From Hydrolagus affinis (taxonomy: Eukaryota): a stretch of 64,000 bases of DNA. The translations under genes were made by a program, and so were the position numbers. The notes beneath the pieces are model-generated. The model saw only the letters and a list, made by a program, of their open reading frames with translations. It searched no databases and was not told the DNA's origin. Numbering within the stretch: the stretch's first letter is position 1; each line of letters starts with the position of its first letter. Location: the NCBI GenBank assembly GCA_012026655.1, contig JAAILG010000094.1, forward strand, positions 62,001 through 126,000, given 5' to 3'. Of the stretch, positions 24,604-37,645 are shown piece after piece.

Positions 24604-24760
24604 ATAATAATAATAATCCTTGCATTTGATATAGAGCTTTTAAATCTTATCAACATCTCAAAGCGTTTTACAGAATAGACTGTATATTTGTGGGCGAAAC
24701 ACGGCAGCCAATTGCACACAGCAATGTCCCACAAACAGTCATGGATTGAAATGACCAATT
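24604..24760 (-). mobile_element. SINE 3' half (tail type C)
   Basis: ataataataataatccttgcatttgatatagagc...cagtcatggattgaaatgaccaatt. Confidence 0.85.
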
Positions 24761-24931
24761 GTATTAATACCTCAATCTTTGATTTTACCAAAGGTCACCA
24801 TCCTTCCCCCACCACCACCCACCTCCCTTGTGTGGCATTGAACTCCATCTTTGCAAAGTGCTCAGACATTATCCTAGAGAGATGTGCTATACAGACCGGA
24901 TTGCCTCCCATTTCTGTTGTTCTTTCTCTTC

Positions 24932-25145
24932 AGGCTTGAAATTTTAACTAGTCTTAGCCTATAAAACCATTTTGTCTTTAAAGTAGAAAGACATGGAAAA
25001 TTCTTAAATGCATGTTTAATTTGGAAACTAACTTCCTAACATTCTTAGAAAGTAACAATTTTCCAGTTAAGATTTTTCTGTTTCCACACAATCTAACGTT
25101 TTAAGACATAATAGTCTTACAGGCATGACTAAGTGGATTTCAGGC
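24932..25145. repeat. Unclassified dispersed repeat, possible MITE (related copies about 25850-25985, 41185-41270, 54415-54520, 62066-62115)
   Basis: Shared core GGMAAATTCTTAAAT-N6-TTAATTTGGAA and shared upstream tagtcttagcc..aaccatttt. Confidence 0.55.
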
Positions 25146-26204
25146 AATGCGTCATGGCAAAACTAATGGGTCAAAATATAAATGGCTGCTGTGTTCATTT
25201 TTTTTATCCATTGTTTTAACAGCAGACAGAAATAATTGTACAGGATGCTCAGATTTCACAAAGAAAGACATCTCTCAGGATTTGTGATGTGGCTAGGCTT
25301 TACAGATTGGTTTGATACACATAATTTCAGAGGTTTCAATTTACAGGTAGTAAGTAAATTCTTCACGATCGGTTTGAGGAGCTGAACAACCATTCAGAGT
25401 GTCAAGATCACAAGAATTATGCCTTGGTGACACTAATGAAATTGACTTCTGTGACCACTTCCTACGTTCTTGTCATCTTTAAGACCCTGGCTGAAGTAAC
25501 TATGGGCATCAGTCAACCTTGCCCTAAATCATTGTCCCTGCTCCTTTGCTCAGGAAGACACCTCAGTAAAGCCACATCTCACTGGAGCCATGAGACTAAA
25601 CGTCATTCATTATCCAGGGTCATCTGGATTGTTTTAGGTTCGATTAACAATATCCAATACCAGTGCACCTGTGAAAACATATATATTTGCATGAAAAAGG
25701 CAACGTTTCCAATTACTGTATATTAAAATGAGATGACATATGATGCCAGGATTATTAGCCCATTAGGAGATGGCAAGCTCTGTGGCAGTTCCATTACTTA
25801 TTTTTTCACTGCCAACTCGTCGGCAGGAAGGAGCACCATGATGCATGTGAGACCTGAAATTCCATCCATTTTTAGCATGTGTCAGATCATATTATCTTAC
25901 AATTGAAGACAATGGACAACTACGGAAAATTCTTAAATTCTGTTTTAATTTGGAAGTCAGTTCTTTTTCAGAACTGAGGAAACTGGCGTATCTCTCCATC
26001 TGGTGGCTTCTACAGGGAGGTTTAAAACTAGCCAGTAGAAAACTCAAGATACACCAGGGAGAAAATGTTCAAAGTGTGCCAATACCACATGTCGACACAT
26101 ATGTTTTTTTTTCAGATTTGATCTTGTGAGATTGACAATACACGGAAGATCTTGGGAATCTCTTGCGATATTTACAAATGGTTCACAATTAGCAAAAAAA
26201 ATTG

Positions 26205-26330
26205 TAGAATCATAGAAATTTATGTTGCAGAAGGAGGCCATTCTGTCCATCGAGCCTGCTCAGAGCATGGCATTCATTCAATCCTACATTCCATTGCCTC
26301 TGCCCTGTCACCTTACTCCTCCAAGTCTCA
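26205..26330 (-). mobile_element. CR1 3' end
   Basis: tagaatcatagaa...agaaggaggccattctgtccatcgagcctgc: rc of the CR1 ATTCTATG-type tail and hairpin. Confidence 0.75.
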
Positions 26331-27495
26331 AAATTCTAATTTTTTTACATGACATTTCCTGATCATCATATCAGACACCTGCAACTCTATGTCCACCCCG
26401 CCCACCCTCCCACACCATGGCTTTCTAATTAGAAATGTAAAGTCTGTGTGTTTTGTTTGTGTATGTGTACAACTAAGTACACACAAACAAAAAGCAAATC
26501 TCTGTTCATTTATTCACATCGCGACATCCTCCCGACGTGAAAGGAGCTTTATAAATGTAATTTTGTCATTGTTGTTATCAACTTTGACATAGCTGAGCAG
26601 CTCAGAAACAACTCAGGGAGTGCTGTGCTTGAGCAGCTGAACAGTTGAACTCTTTTGCTAAATGCTTTGTGGCTTTCAATCACACAGAGCAATTAACAAT
26701 TCAGCATCAGGTAGCTGATTAATGCTGCCACATCAGTCACTGTGGATCAGCCAAGCTGGCATCACACCTTCTTGAGAACATATATTACAAACAGCAATTG
26801 TAGCAGTGTGAAGTAAGCCCCAAACCCTCCAAATTGGGCTAACCAAAAATAAAAAATGTAGGAGTAAATGGTGGGAGCATAGGGGAAGCAGAAATTCTAC
26901 CTTCAGACTTAGTTTTGAAGCTTATGCTCTTTTATGATCTTTTCAGACATTAAAATTGAGACCCAGGTTAGTATTTAACAAAATATGCTCACTTTAAAAC
27001 ACTAAAGAAAAATCCTTAACTCTTCATACAGTTGGAATTTCTCTCCTCCCCTCTTTGGTGTGGGGTGGAGGTGCAGTGGGATGGAGTATTGAGAAGCTGC
27101 TTTTGTCTCTGTAGAGACTGCTAGCTTTGAGCAATTACAATATGTGACTGGCCAATAATTGGAAAACTAAAGAACCTTTCACGAAGACTGAATTGGAAGG
27201 AACGTTTCCAGATTAAGGTTTGCTAAAATGATGAATAGTAATTGTGATTCCTCGATGACCCTGTGGATATTCTGCTTTCCCCTTTCTAACTGCTCTGTTC
27301 ATTGTCCTCCACATAGGATGTTTGCTGTTGAGGTTACACTCAGAAAGGAGAAAAAAACTGGGGCTCTGCTGGCAGGAGATTCACTGATCAGTGTAATTGT
27401 CCTGTACCAGCATGAATTCTCTCCGATATTTATGGTAGGATACCATAAGATCCCACTGTTGGGCATTGCAGAAACCAGTGGATGGAATGCTTGGT

Positions 27496-27549
27496 TGGGT
27501 TTACTGGCTCGAAAATTCTCTTCACAGAATTTTCGAGCCAGTAAACCCA
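27496..27549. repeat. Perfect 24-bp inverted repeat with 6-nt loop
   Basis: tgggtttactggctcgaaaattct-cttcac-agaattttcgagccagtaaaccca. Confidence 0.97.
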
Positions 27550-27762
27550 GCCGATGAAATGTGGAGGTTGGGAAGCTCCACAATAATGTGCAGTCTGTTT
27601 CATCCCCACTTGCCTTTGTAAATATTAATGGGCTGGGATTTTTGTTCTTTACCTTTGAACGGATAACAGAATTAGATCACATGCTCACTGTGAAGAAGCA
27701 TTATTTTTACTCCCAAAGTGCGGCACCGCACGTTGAGGGACTCAACAGTGTTTGCTGCTATT

Positions 27763-27897
27763 TAAGCGCTCTGAGACGCCATCCGGCATGGACGGCGCTA
27801 GAGAAATCGACGTTGTTGTTGTTTTTGTTGTAATGGAGTCCTGTAGCTCAGTGGTTGGAGGTCTCAGCTTACAAGCAAGAGACAAACCTGGGTCCCC
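27763..27897 (+). mobile_element. L2 type A tail-only insertion followed by a SINE tRNA head
   Basis: aagcgctctgagacgccatccggcatggacggcgct...(ttg)n then ggagtcctgtagctcagtggttgg. Confidence 0.75.
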
Positions 27898-29109
27898 TAA
27901 CTAACCAGGTGAGCACTCTAACCATTTCTCCACATCTCCATTCTCTGTAGTCAGTTCATAATCATCAGAGAGAGTCATGTTTCTACTGAGTGAGGAGATT
28001 TTCCTCGCTCCCACAAGGTTTGAATTGCCTTATTAGCTGGCGGCTCACCAGAAGCTCAAGAGCCATTGGTATCCATTTGAGATACTTCCTGCCTGAATGA
28101 CATTCGAGTATGAATATTCGAACTCTAACCTTTGGAATAGACGCCCAGCGGCTCAGTGATCATCCTCTTGGGCTCCTGCTTGTTTCAACTTCTTTCACTG
28201 CAGCTGCCTGCACTGCACATGCTCATAATCAGAAAGTTCCTGAAGCACATCTTTTCTCCACTCCCCATCCCTTCCTCCCCCATCCGCTCTACCCTTGATC
28301 ATTGATTTATAGTCTGATTTAATCCACCAACACATTTTTCAATCTAATGGAAAGATTCCCCAGCACAGTCTTGTGCTGAAAAAGATCTATGTCATGTTGA
28401 TTTTCACATCACTTGTTCATCTTCCTTCCAAATTCATTTTCCATCATGCACATTCTCGCCCGCAATCCCGAGATTGTGTCTCACAATAGCTAATAGCCCA
28501 TTTTACATGGATAAAGACAGCTGTGCAGTGCTTCATCTGTCACACACAGCTGCGATGACTGCTTACTTTCCACCACAATCGTTGATTTCAATTGATTTGG
28601 TAAACAGGGAGCAGTGCTGCCTCCCCGTCATTTAGAGCAGAACAAGCTGATCCATTATGACAAGTAACCTGCTAGCGTGATTAAGCAGACGGGAGGAGGC
28701 AAGCTAAATCCCCCGAATAAAGAGCATATGAGCATCAGTCAAACCCTTAACCTTAACGAGTGAATGTCACTGACAGAAGGCTGGCAGGAAGCAAAACTGA
28801 ACAGTTAGCTTCTTTGGAGGATCCAAAAGCAGGGAGGAAGGAGGGAGGGAGGGATTTGTGAAGGAGTTTCACTGAGTGGAGCCATTGTGGCTCAAAGTTT
28901 GGCCACTGATGAGGGGATGGAGGCTAAATATGATTCAATGATGATCATCTTGGACTTTTGATATCTGATAGACTCAGTCAGGATATCATTGGTCAGGAAT
29001 TGTGTGCGAAGACAGAGTAGAGTTGTGTCACTGACATGCCTGTAGAAGTTAGCCTGCTGATAAATTCATTGAGGAGGTTAAAGGAGTGATCAAGGATCAT
29101 GTCCATGGA

Positions 29110-29700
29110 CCAACAACAAACAATAAAATTACATTTATAGAGCGTCTTTCACGTCTGGAGGATCTCCCAAGGGGCTGAACAATCAGAGGTTGAGACCCAA
29201 GCATGGTGGAGGGGCGTGGTTGGGCGAACGGTCCGGAGAGAAGTGGGAGGGCGGCAGAAGGCATGATCGAAAATGAGGGTCTTGAGACTGGCCTTGAAGG
29301 AGGTAAGGGAGGAAGCGAAGGGACTGTGGGATGGAGTTCCAGAGTGTGGGACAGAGAGGCTGAAAGTCCAGCCACGATAGTAGGCGTATAGGGCGGGAAA
29401 CATGGAGCAGACCAGGCCCACTGAACGGAGGGGGCGGGCGGTTTGATAGGGAGACTGGATGATCTGCAGTTTGTGAAGGGAAGACCTGGGAAGGCAGATG
29501 AAGACAGAGTTTCTGTAGTGTTACCAATATGCAAGAAGGAGTCAGGATCCCATTAGAGGAGATGTAGTGAAGACGTGGTGATGGATAGAAATTGGAATAA
29601 GAAATGTCAGTGTCATGTTGGATCAGCAAGAATGAATGGATGGTTTCAATGTCAAAAACAGCAGAGAAGCTGAGGAGGGCAAGGCAGACAAACAAATTGA
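29110..29700 (-). mobile_element. L2 3' fragment (29110-29490, tail type B) joined to an older L2 RT fragment
   Basis: TLWNSIPQSL, FKASLKTLIFDHAF; upstream LALLSFSAVFDI, a decayed LDLSAAFDT. Confidence 0.8.
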
Positions 29701-30330
29701 GTCAGAGTAAAGGAAAATAAACAAATTATCAACATTTGATCTTGTGAATGAGAAAAACACAATAATTGTATTCTTTACGCCCTGACTGTCCTGACCTGAA
29801 AGGCACTATATAAATGTAATTCGTTGTTGTTGTTGCCATGACATCGTTTTCGATATGTTGAGACTGGGGGAAACACATTCTACCGATACATAAACGCATT
29901 TTATATCTAAAAACATCTAAAGTTATTAATGCACTTGCAGTAGTTAGTATTTTACACACAGGCCATTAGTAATGAACAATAGCGTGTCATGGCTAATTGC
30001 ACTCAATGATATTGGTTAATTTAAATCCAATTGAAGTTTCCACTGCTGCAAACATTGATGGGCTACTTTTGTCTCACTGGGCCCTTTCGGAGCAGCTGCC
30101 ACGCTCTGTACAATAACATCTTCACTTCAGACAAAGCTAATGAGGTGAGCAGAGCAAACTGTTGCTAAAGGAACAGTGGCTGCACAGTGCAGCAGGCGCC
30201 AGGCTCCTCATTGTCCATCCAAAATGAGCTTGTCATTTTCTGCCCCTCTCTCTACAGGGAGGGGACTGGCTGACCTCACTGGGGCATTGACCTCAACTAG
30301 CAGCCAGATGTCGAGCAGTGTAAGGGTCCT

Positions 30331-30430
30331 NNNNNNNNNNNNNNNNNNNNNNNNNNNNNNNNNNNNNNNNNNNNNNNNNNNNNNNNNNNNNNNNNNNNNN
30401 NNNNNNNNNNNNNNNNNNNNNNNNNNNNNN
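30331..30430. other. Assembly gap (100 N) abutting a poly-C run
   Basis: Directly visible; C15 at 30431-30445. Confidence 0.99.
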
Positions 30431-31304
30431 CCCCCCCCCCCCCCCACACCCTCCTTCATTTTGATTTGCCGTTGATAGAGTTTGTGCTGTCTGAGATGAA
30501 TTGTGTGAGAGATAGTATGAATTTTTTGAGCCTTCTACTGCTGCCTCTGTCTCCACTGCGCATAAATACTTTATAGGGGTCATCATATGGAAATGCAGTT
30601 GCAACTATCAGCTATCCGATTTGTGAAGGAATGCTAACAATGGACAGAAAAAGAAAGGATCCAGATAACTCTCTCTATTTGTAATTTATCAACTAATACT
30701 CCGAGCTGTTCATTGGTGAAAACGCTGAAATCATTATACCTGTCAGTCATGTTACACTGAGATAAAAATGTGCAACTGAACATAGAAACGCACATGCGGA
30801 ATAATGGTTGCAGTATAAGAAATGCATGATAAGGGAGTGTGAAAGCTAGTTGGCTCTGAGCTGGCAAGGGCACAAGGTAACATTCATCCAACAGTAAAAC
30901 CTAAGACATGGGCAGTTATTTTTACGAAATACATATGAAAACAACAGTATTGCATCATTGCAAATGATCTGTGCAGGCGAGGAATTAGGTGGTATGTACC
31001 CCTCTTAGCATCCAATTACAGAGCAACCAGACAAGATAACGGCCCATGTTATTGTTTGGCTCAAAATGAAGGAGTAATGCGAGAGGGAGGCAAGACAATA
31101 TGGCGTGACATATGTACATTTTTGCAAAAAAAACAGTTTGGAAAAGTGCTCTATAAGAGCACAAATAGTGTTGCATTTGTTTTGCTGTGCAAATTGCACA
31201 AGACAAGTTTGTGTTGCATTTCAATGATAATGACAGTAGCACTCCTACTTCCACTAGAGATTGTCTATTCCACCTGACTTCACTGAGCTTACAAAATCAT
31301 TTAT

Positions 31305-31475
31305 CATCATAATAATCCTTGAATTTGATATAGTGTCTTATTACATATTTGAGATGTCTCAAAGCGCTTCACAGAATATATTGTAAAGTGAATTGAATGT
31401 ATATTTTGTGGACACTAAGTGGCAGCCAATTGCACACAACAGTGTCCCACAAACAGTCATGGATAGAATGACCAA
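31305..31475 (-). mobile_element. SINE 3' half (tail type C)
   Basis: aataatccttgaatttgatatagtg...gtcccacaaacagtcatggatagaatgaccaat. Confidence 0.82.
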
Positions 31476-31774
31476 TACAATATAACTTTTGTTAAAACTT
31501 TTTTTTAGAAGAAATGATTACAATTGAGAACTGGTTCCAAAATGTGATATTCGTAATAAGAAGTTGCTAGTCCCACCAGTGATCAGAAGTGAGTCACATT
31601 GTTTAGGGGGAAATCATATACGCATGTCAACAGCAACAACTTGCACATACTAAGTACTTTTGCACCTTACCAGATTTTCTACAGGTCAACATGATGCACA
31701 TTTGGATTTCAGTAGGAGTCACTATTTGCTTTTTTTTTAAAAAAAATTATTGTTTCCCTGATAGAACAGTATAG

Positions 31775-32625
31775 TATTAATCATTACATTTGATATTGTC
31801 ATAATGTTGAAACATCTCAAAGCATTTTGTAGGATTCACAGGTAAAATGGAGGATATTTATAGGCAATGCAGATTCATTTTTCAAACAGCAGGATCACAC
31901 AAACAGCCATAGAGTGAATGATCAAATTTATCTAGAATAATGTTAATCAATGACACCAGAAGAATGCCAGTCTCTTTTCCAGTAGTGTAAGGGATCTTTA
32001 ATATCCACTTAGACAAGCAGAGAGATAGGAACTCAGTTTAACATCTCATCTAAAGGATGGCACCACTGACAATGCAGTGCTGGGGTGTACCAGTCAACAA
32101 CAACAACAACTTGGATTTATGTAGTGCCCTCCACGCCAGATGGTGTCTCAGAGAGCTTCACAATAATGGATCCCGGAGCTGCACCAGAGGAGGGGGAAAA
32201 AGATGATGAAAGGCGTGGTCAAAAAGAAAGTCTTCAGACGTGATCTGAAAATAGGAAAGGAGGGGGTGAGGCGAAGGGAGTGAGGAAGGAAGTTCCAGAG
32301 CCTCAGGGCATAGTGGCTGAAGACAAGGCCACTGATGGTAGAACGGAGGATTCGGGAGATAAGGAGGAGACCAGACACGGTGGAGCACAGGCAACAGCTA
32401 CTGCTGTGAGGAGAGAGGTTAGAAAGATAGTGGGGTGCAGAGGAGTGGAGGGATTTGAAAACAAGAGTGAGGATCTTGAAATCGATCCACTCCCAGACAG
32501 GGAGCCAGTCTCAGAACCAGTCTCAACCAGACTGGATTATGTTGATCTCAAAATGCCGTCATAGGGCTTGACCCACAACCTTCTCATTCTGGGGCAAAGT
32601 GCTAACAACTGAGCCAAACTGACAT
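31775..32625 (-). mobile_element. Deu-domain SINE split by a nested L2 insertion
   Basis: gggatctttaatatccacttagac...aaggatggcaccactgacaatgcag left of the L2; ggattatgttg...cacaaccttctcattctggggcaaagtgctaacaactgagcc right of it. Confidence 0.8.
32096..32510 (-). mobile_element. L2 3' fragment (tail type A), same subfamily as 1415-3882
   Basis: rc aligns closely by eye to 3505-3882 (ggatcgatttcaagatcctcac.cttgttttcaa.tcc.tccactcctctgcacccc). Confidence 0.92.
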
Positions 32626-35509
32626 CCATCAATGGGAGTTATTGTGACATTTATCATTTCCTTTACGAATAATTTGTTCTGGATTTTTTTTTATTGTGCT
32701 GTGACTTTCTACGATTCTAAGTAAACCTATGATGCCAGAGCGAAATAAGTGAAAAATAGATGAAGATGATGAAAATTAGTATGATTCTCAACAGATACTA
32801 AATTACCTTAGGTAAATATGTTTCTTCGTCCATCATTGATCTGGGGGAAAAATATACAGTGAAGTCTTTCCAGTTCAGGGATTTTTTTCAAAAACAGACT
32901 TCATCAGTTCACACTGGTAGCTATTTGCAGTGCTTATCAGTTGGCCTCACTTATTATTTTGTTGGGTTTGAAGCTCAGCTCTCCAGGCCATGCTGACGTC
33001 TTACTCAGACATCATTTAATAGCACCACATATTTTTTTCAGTCTCTTGACTTACAAAGCATGGTTTTTGAAAAAGTCAGAATGCCTCTTAACTGCCACAA
33101 AATAATTAGTTGTCAGGATGTTCTTGTCTGTGCAGTTTTACTTTGCTTAATGATATGTCTTAGATTTGTCAGATTCTTCTATAATTTTTTTACTTTTTTT
33201 TTGGTCCTTTCAGTCTGCTTTGGTTAATAGAGTAGGACTGCTCCACACAAGACTCAGGGACAACGCTGCCATGGGTTTTGGAGAGGAATGCTGTTTTATG
33301 GTCTGATTGGAATGTCCAATGGCCCCTCTCTGTTAGGGACAGGTGGGAGGTAGAAGACTTCTCTGAGAAGGACAGTGTCATAATATCCATATTGAATTCC
33401 CACTTTGGTGTACTGTATTTCATAAAAGGTTTGATTGCAGGACTCTTTGTGGCTCATAGCTGGCATTTGAGGTTGAGCAGGGAGCAAGCAGGAGATTATT
33501 ATTAGTTTAGGTGATGATTTTTCCCTGGGTGTCTGTTATAGAATATCATAATTTCTGTTGATAATTATTCTGGATGAAAACAACTCACTGAATTTGAGCA
33601 CAAGATCACAAGATTGGTTTTGTACAGAGTCACCTGTGAAGTGTTTGAGATGTCCTCCCAATGTGAAACTCACAATATTAAATGCAAGGATTATTATTCT
33701 ATATAAATCACCTGTCCACATTCACTTCCAAGCTTCATACTTGAATTGTGACCATTTGGGTGAAGTGTCAGAGAATGCCAAGTGTGAAGCAAAGAGAAAA
33801 GGAGTCAAACTGGTGAAATGGTGAACATTTTTATTTTATTGATTGCAGCCAGGTGACAAACACAAGGAAGGTAGTGACATTTAGAAACTGATGATACAGA
33901 TAGGATGAGGAATGTTTGATAGATTTAGCACAGATTAATGAAATGCAGGTAAATTATTGTACAAAGCAGTTTAGAGATTTGATTTGGGAGGTACTGAGAA
34001 ATAATTGAAGCAGCACTCCTGTCTCTGGAAGAAAGTGCTGTGATTTGTGAGGACAGAGTTGAGGATATCACAGGAATGTTTGCTCTATCATGCTGAGATA
34101 CTTTGTTTATATTTCCTCTTTCTTTTGCTTGGTTTATCAAGCGACACTTAATGGTTCATCTGGGAATGGCAACAGTTACTCAGGAACGTTCAAATGAGCC
34201 ATTTGAGATTACACCTTAATATGTGCTTTGAAACTATTTGTTTTTAACATAATTGCAAGTTGCTGATCTTGTTGAGGCTTGCCTATTGCTCATGTCAGGA
34301 GTATTAGAGTGGAAATCAAAAATCAAGACTATCCACCATCTGGATGCTGAATCTGAAGATTGACATAGTTTGTATTTGCTCCATAATTTGTATAACAAAA
34401 TACAGTCACTATACTTTGCAGTAAATCCGGTGAAGGGCTTGGAGATGTTCTCTGGATGTGAAAGGTACTATATCGAATGTCTGCATGATTACATTATTGA
34501 GTGATGAGAGAATCAGGAAGGTGATGCCCTCCTTTTGATGTACTTGTAGTTTTTAAATGAATGCACAAAATACTCATGTAATGTTTAATTATGGCTGTAG
34601 GTAAATTTACAGTGTGTGTTGTGTGTGTGTTTATGTTTATGTGCTTACAGAAACATGTCAGGGATTGAGAACTCAAGCTATATAATATTGAGCAGATGTG
34701 AAATTGAAGCCAGTTGATCCATGTTACAGTGTGTTGGGAATACCAACATTAATAGTAGAAAAAACAGTGTAACTGCCTGGAATCAAGTTAACAGCACAGA
34801 ATGTAATAATCCCATTCTGCTTTTCCTCTCTCCTTCTGCTTTGTGTCTGAATAACTGCACAACATGAATAAGTTTTTAGTGTTGTGGAATCCTACCTAAG
34901 GGAAATTCAATACAGAAGCCAGAGGAAGGGGTCTGACTGACAGGCTCACCCTGATTGCCAATACTATCCTTTACTCAGAAGGTTTCCCTTCTTCATGCAC
35001 TGCTAATTTCCCTCAGTGTTGTATTGATTTTCATCAAAGTGATCAGTGGGCTGAGCAACAAGCTGCAAAAGGAGCCCAAACAGCTGGTGAGATGGAATCA
35101 AAGTAAAGCCAGTTCATTGGAGAAACATCTGGAAAGAACATAGAGGGGAAAAATCACACATATGCTTCAGGTGGAGCTCTTTGTAGAGTCATGAGAAACT
35201 AGCTAGAAGAGGGAGTTGGATTTATATTGACATTGGGCAGATTTGTTTTCTCCTATGATTGTGTGAGAGTTCATTTTAGCACAGAGCTTATAGCTGTTAG
35301 GGCTCGGAGTTTGATCTATCTGCAATCCACCCTTTAACCCAGACCTGCTTCCCTCATCAGACAAGACCACCCACTACCCAACCCCCACCCCCCACACACA
35401 TACATACACTCCCATGGTCTCCAGGAATGTGAAAGGTTTTATTTTCCTGCACAATATTTACTCATTTTAGAATTTACTTTTCTCTATATCCTTTGAAACG
35501 TTTTAAAAT

Positions 35510-35760
35510 ATAATAATAATCATTGCATTCCATATAGCACTGGATCTAGTCATCAGGATATCTCAAAGTGCTTCACAGGATTTTACTGTGTTTTGACCTG
35601 GAGACTTGTTGGTGAACACAGCAGCCAATTTGCACAGAGCAATATCTTACAAACAGCCATGGATTCAAATGAGTGACCAATTTTATTGGCCATCATTGGG
35701 ATTATTGGCCAGTACACCAAGAGAGTACACTGGGGGAAACTGCTCTCTTTTTTAATTGTG
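35510..35760 (-). mobile_element. SINE 3' portion
   Basis: ataataataatcattgcattccatatagcac...acaaacagccatggattc. Confidence 0.7.
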
Positions 35761-36282
35761 CTCTGAGGAGGGGGGTTGTGGAGAGTAAAGGTGACTGAAA
35801 GCCTGTGCGCTGCAGGCTTGCCATCTCTGTGAGCATCTCCTCGTAACTTTGAATCTCAAGAATCAACTGTGCATGTATGATGGAAGGAATGGGGTAGGAG
35901 GGGAAAGTTAGAGACTTCAAGCCATCCGTGATTTGGGAAAATAACTTAAGCAACTGAATATAGTGATTATAGAAGTATATTTTGCTTCTTTTTGTTGTCT
36001 GGGTGCCCCACAGTGGGTATCATTCTGTAACAGAGAAGAAGAAGTCAGGTGATTGCTTCACAGTCTGGCCTGATGAGAGTCAATTTTTGGCTTCTCAGAG
36101 GAAGTGTCAATGGTGTCAGTTGACTCCACTGGATTTATATGCCCTCTTTTCTTATGGTTTGTGCACCTTCCATTCACGAGCTGGCCCAGTTCAGAGCATG
36201 AAATCACAATTGGGGGAGAAAATCCTGCCTACTGACAGTCATGAAACCCTTTACTATATGATTATTTTTGGAGGGACTTTTT

Positions 36283-36342
36283 GATGCGCTCTGAGACACC
36301 GTCCGGTGTGGAGGGCGCCATATGAATCGAAGTTGTTGTTGA
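36283..36342 (+). mobile_element. L2 type A tail-only insertion
   Basis: gcgctctgagacaccgtccggtgtggagggcgccatatgaatcgaagttgttgttg. Confidence 0.78.
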
Positions 36343-37242
36343 TGTGTTATTTGTCTATGAACTAAACAGCCAGGAACACATTGCAATATATTCTATGTAG
36401 CTCTTTGTCTTGGTGATGTAAAAGCTGCAATTTCAAATGCAAGGATTGTTATTAATAATAATTATTATAATTATAATTCCAGCTACTTGCCAAGACTCTA
36501 TTGAATGGATTCAAGGACACTGCAGGTCTACTGGGTCTCATCACAGAATGTCTCCACAAATCACAAGCGTAAGCTTGCGATTTGATTCCACCTCTGTTGC
36601 TGATGTGCAACAGCAGTCCAGTGCCAGCTGATTGATTGGCATTTGGTTTGTCCACCCAGAGTCATCTTGCATGCAGATGTTAGACCAAGCTATTTCTTAT
36701 GTGCTAATTACTAGTTTACATAAGCAAAGTCATCAAAGCAAGACTCAAACAAACTTGGCTGTACGATAAATGCCCTGTTATATAACAACAAAGGCTTTCA
36801 TTTCATGTGAAATATATCCAGTTGCCTTGAATATTCAGATCAACTGCAGAGCTCATAGCAGTGAATTTGCGTGCTAAATAACATCAACCTGGGGCCTAAT
36901 GTATGGGTTAGCCTAAAAAATTTATGGATATGTTGCAAACATCATGTACAGAATGGATTTCATGGACCTTAAATATTTTGTAAATACTGTAGAACTAAAA
37001 ACTCTTACAGCAAAATTGATTGTAGGCGATTTGGGGATCCTTTACTTTGGCTGTCAACTACATATTTCAAGGAACACATAGGTTTAAAACAGAATTGTGC
37101 TCATCTGTAATACTCCCACATTTGAATAACCTGTTGACAGTCAATGTCAATACTCAGTTATGAATCGGGGTCAATTTTCAGATAGTTAACCCAACTTGCA
37201 AATTGTGCCCATGGGTTTATTAACCTAACCCAAACAATTTGT

Positions 37243-37645
37243 GTCAGCTTGACTCATTGGATAGCACTTTCACCTTGGATCTGAAACTCTTACAGTTTAA
37301 GCAGATGCTGTATTGCTGTGCTGGGGTCTGCTGCATTGCTGGAGATGCTGTCCTTTCAGATAAGATACTAAACTGAGTTCCTTTCTGCCTGTTAAGGTTG
37401 GATGTTAAGAATTCTGTGGCATTATTTGAAAAGAGCATGAACTTTCTCCCAGTTCCCTGGCCAACATTCCTGCAATTAATATTGGTCATCCACTTTATTG
37501 GCTGTTTGTGGAACATTGTTGTGTGCAAATTGGCTACCGTGTTTACCTGAAAATGCAGTCTCTACACTTTACAATAAATCCAATGAAGCACTTTGACTTA
37601 TCTTGAAGTGATAAAGCTCCATATCAAATGCAAGTATTATTATGA
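37243..37645 (+). mobile_element. Near full-length Deu-domain SINE (tRNA head, Deu core, type C tail)
   Basis: gtcagcttgactcattggatagcactttc; ggagatgctgtcctttcagataagatactaaactgag; ggatgttaagaattctgtggcattatttgaaaagagc; atatcaaatgcaagtattattat. Confidence 0.82.

Noticed and set aside
27835-27897. tRNA genes (also 4922, 17531, 58795, 59962)
   Set aside because: A/B-box-like motifs, but no complete cloverleaf, and most run into SINE body or tail sequence
30176-30604. ORFs spanning the gap
   Set aside because: Artefacts of the 100-N run
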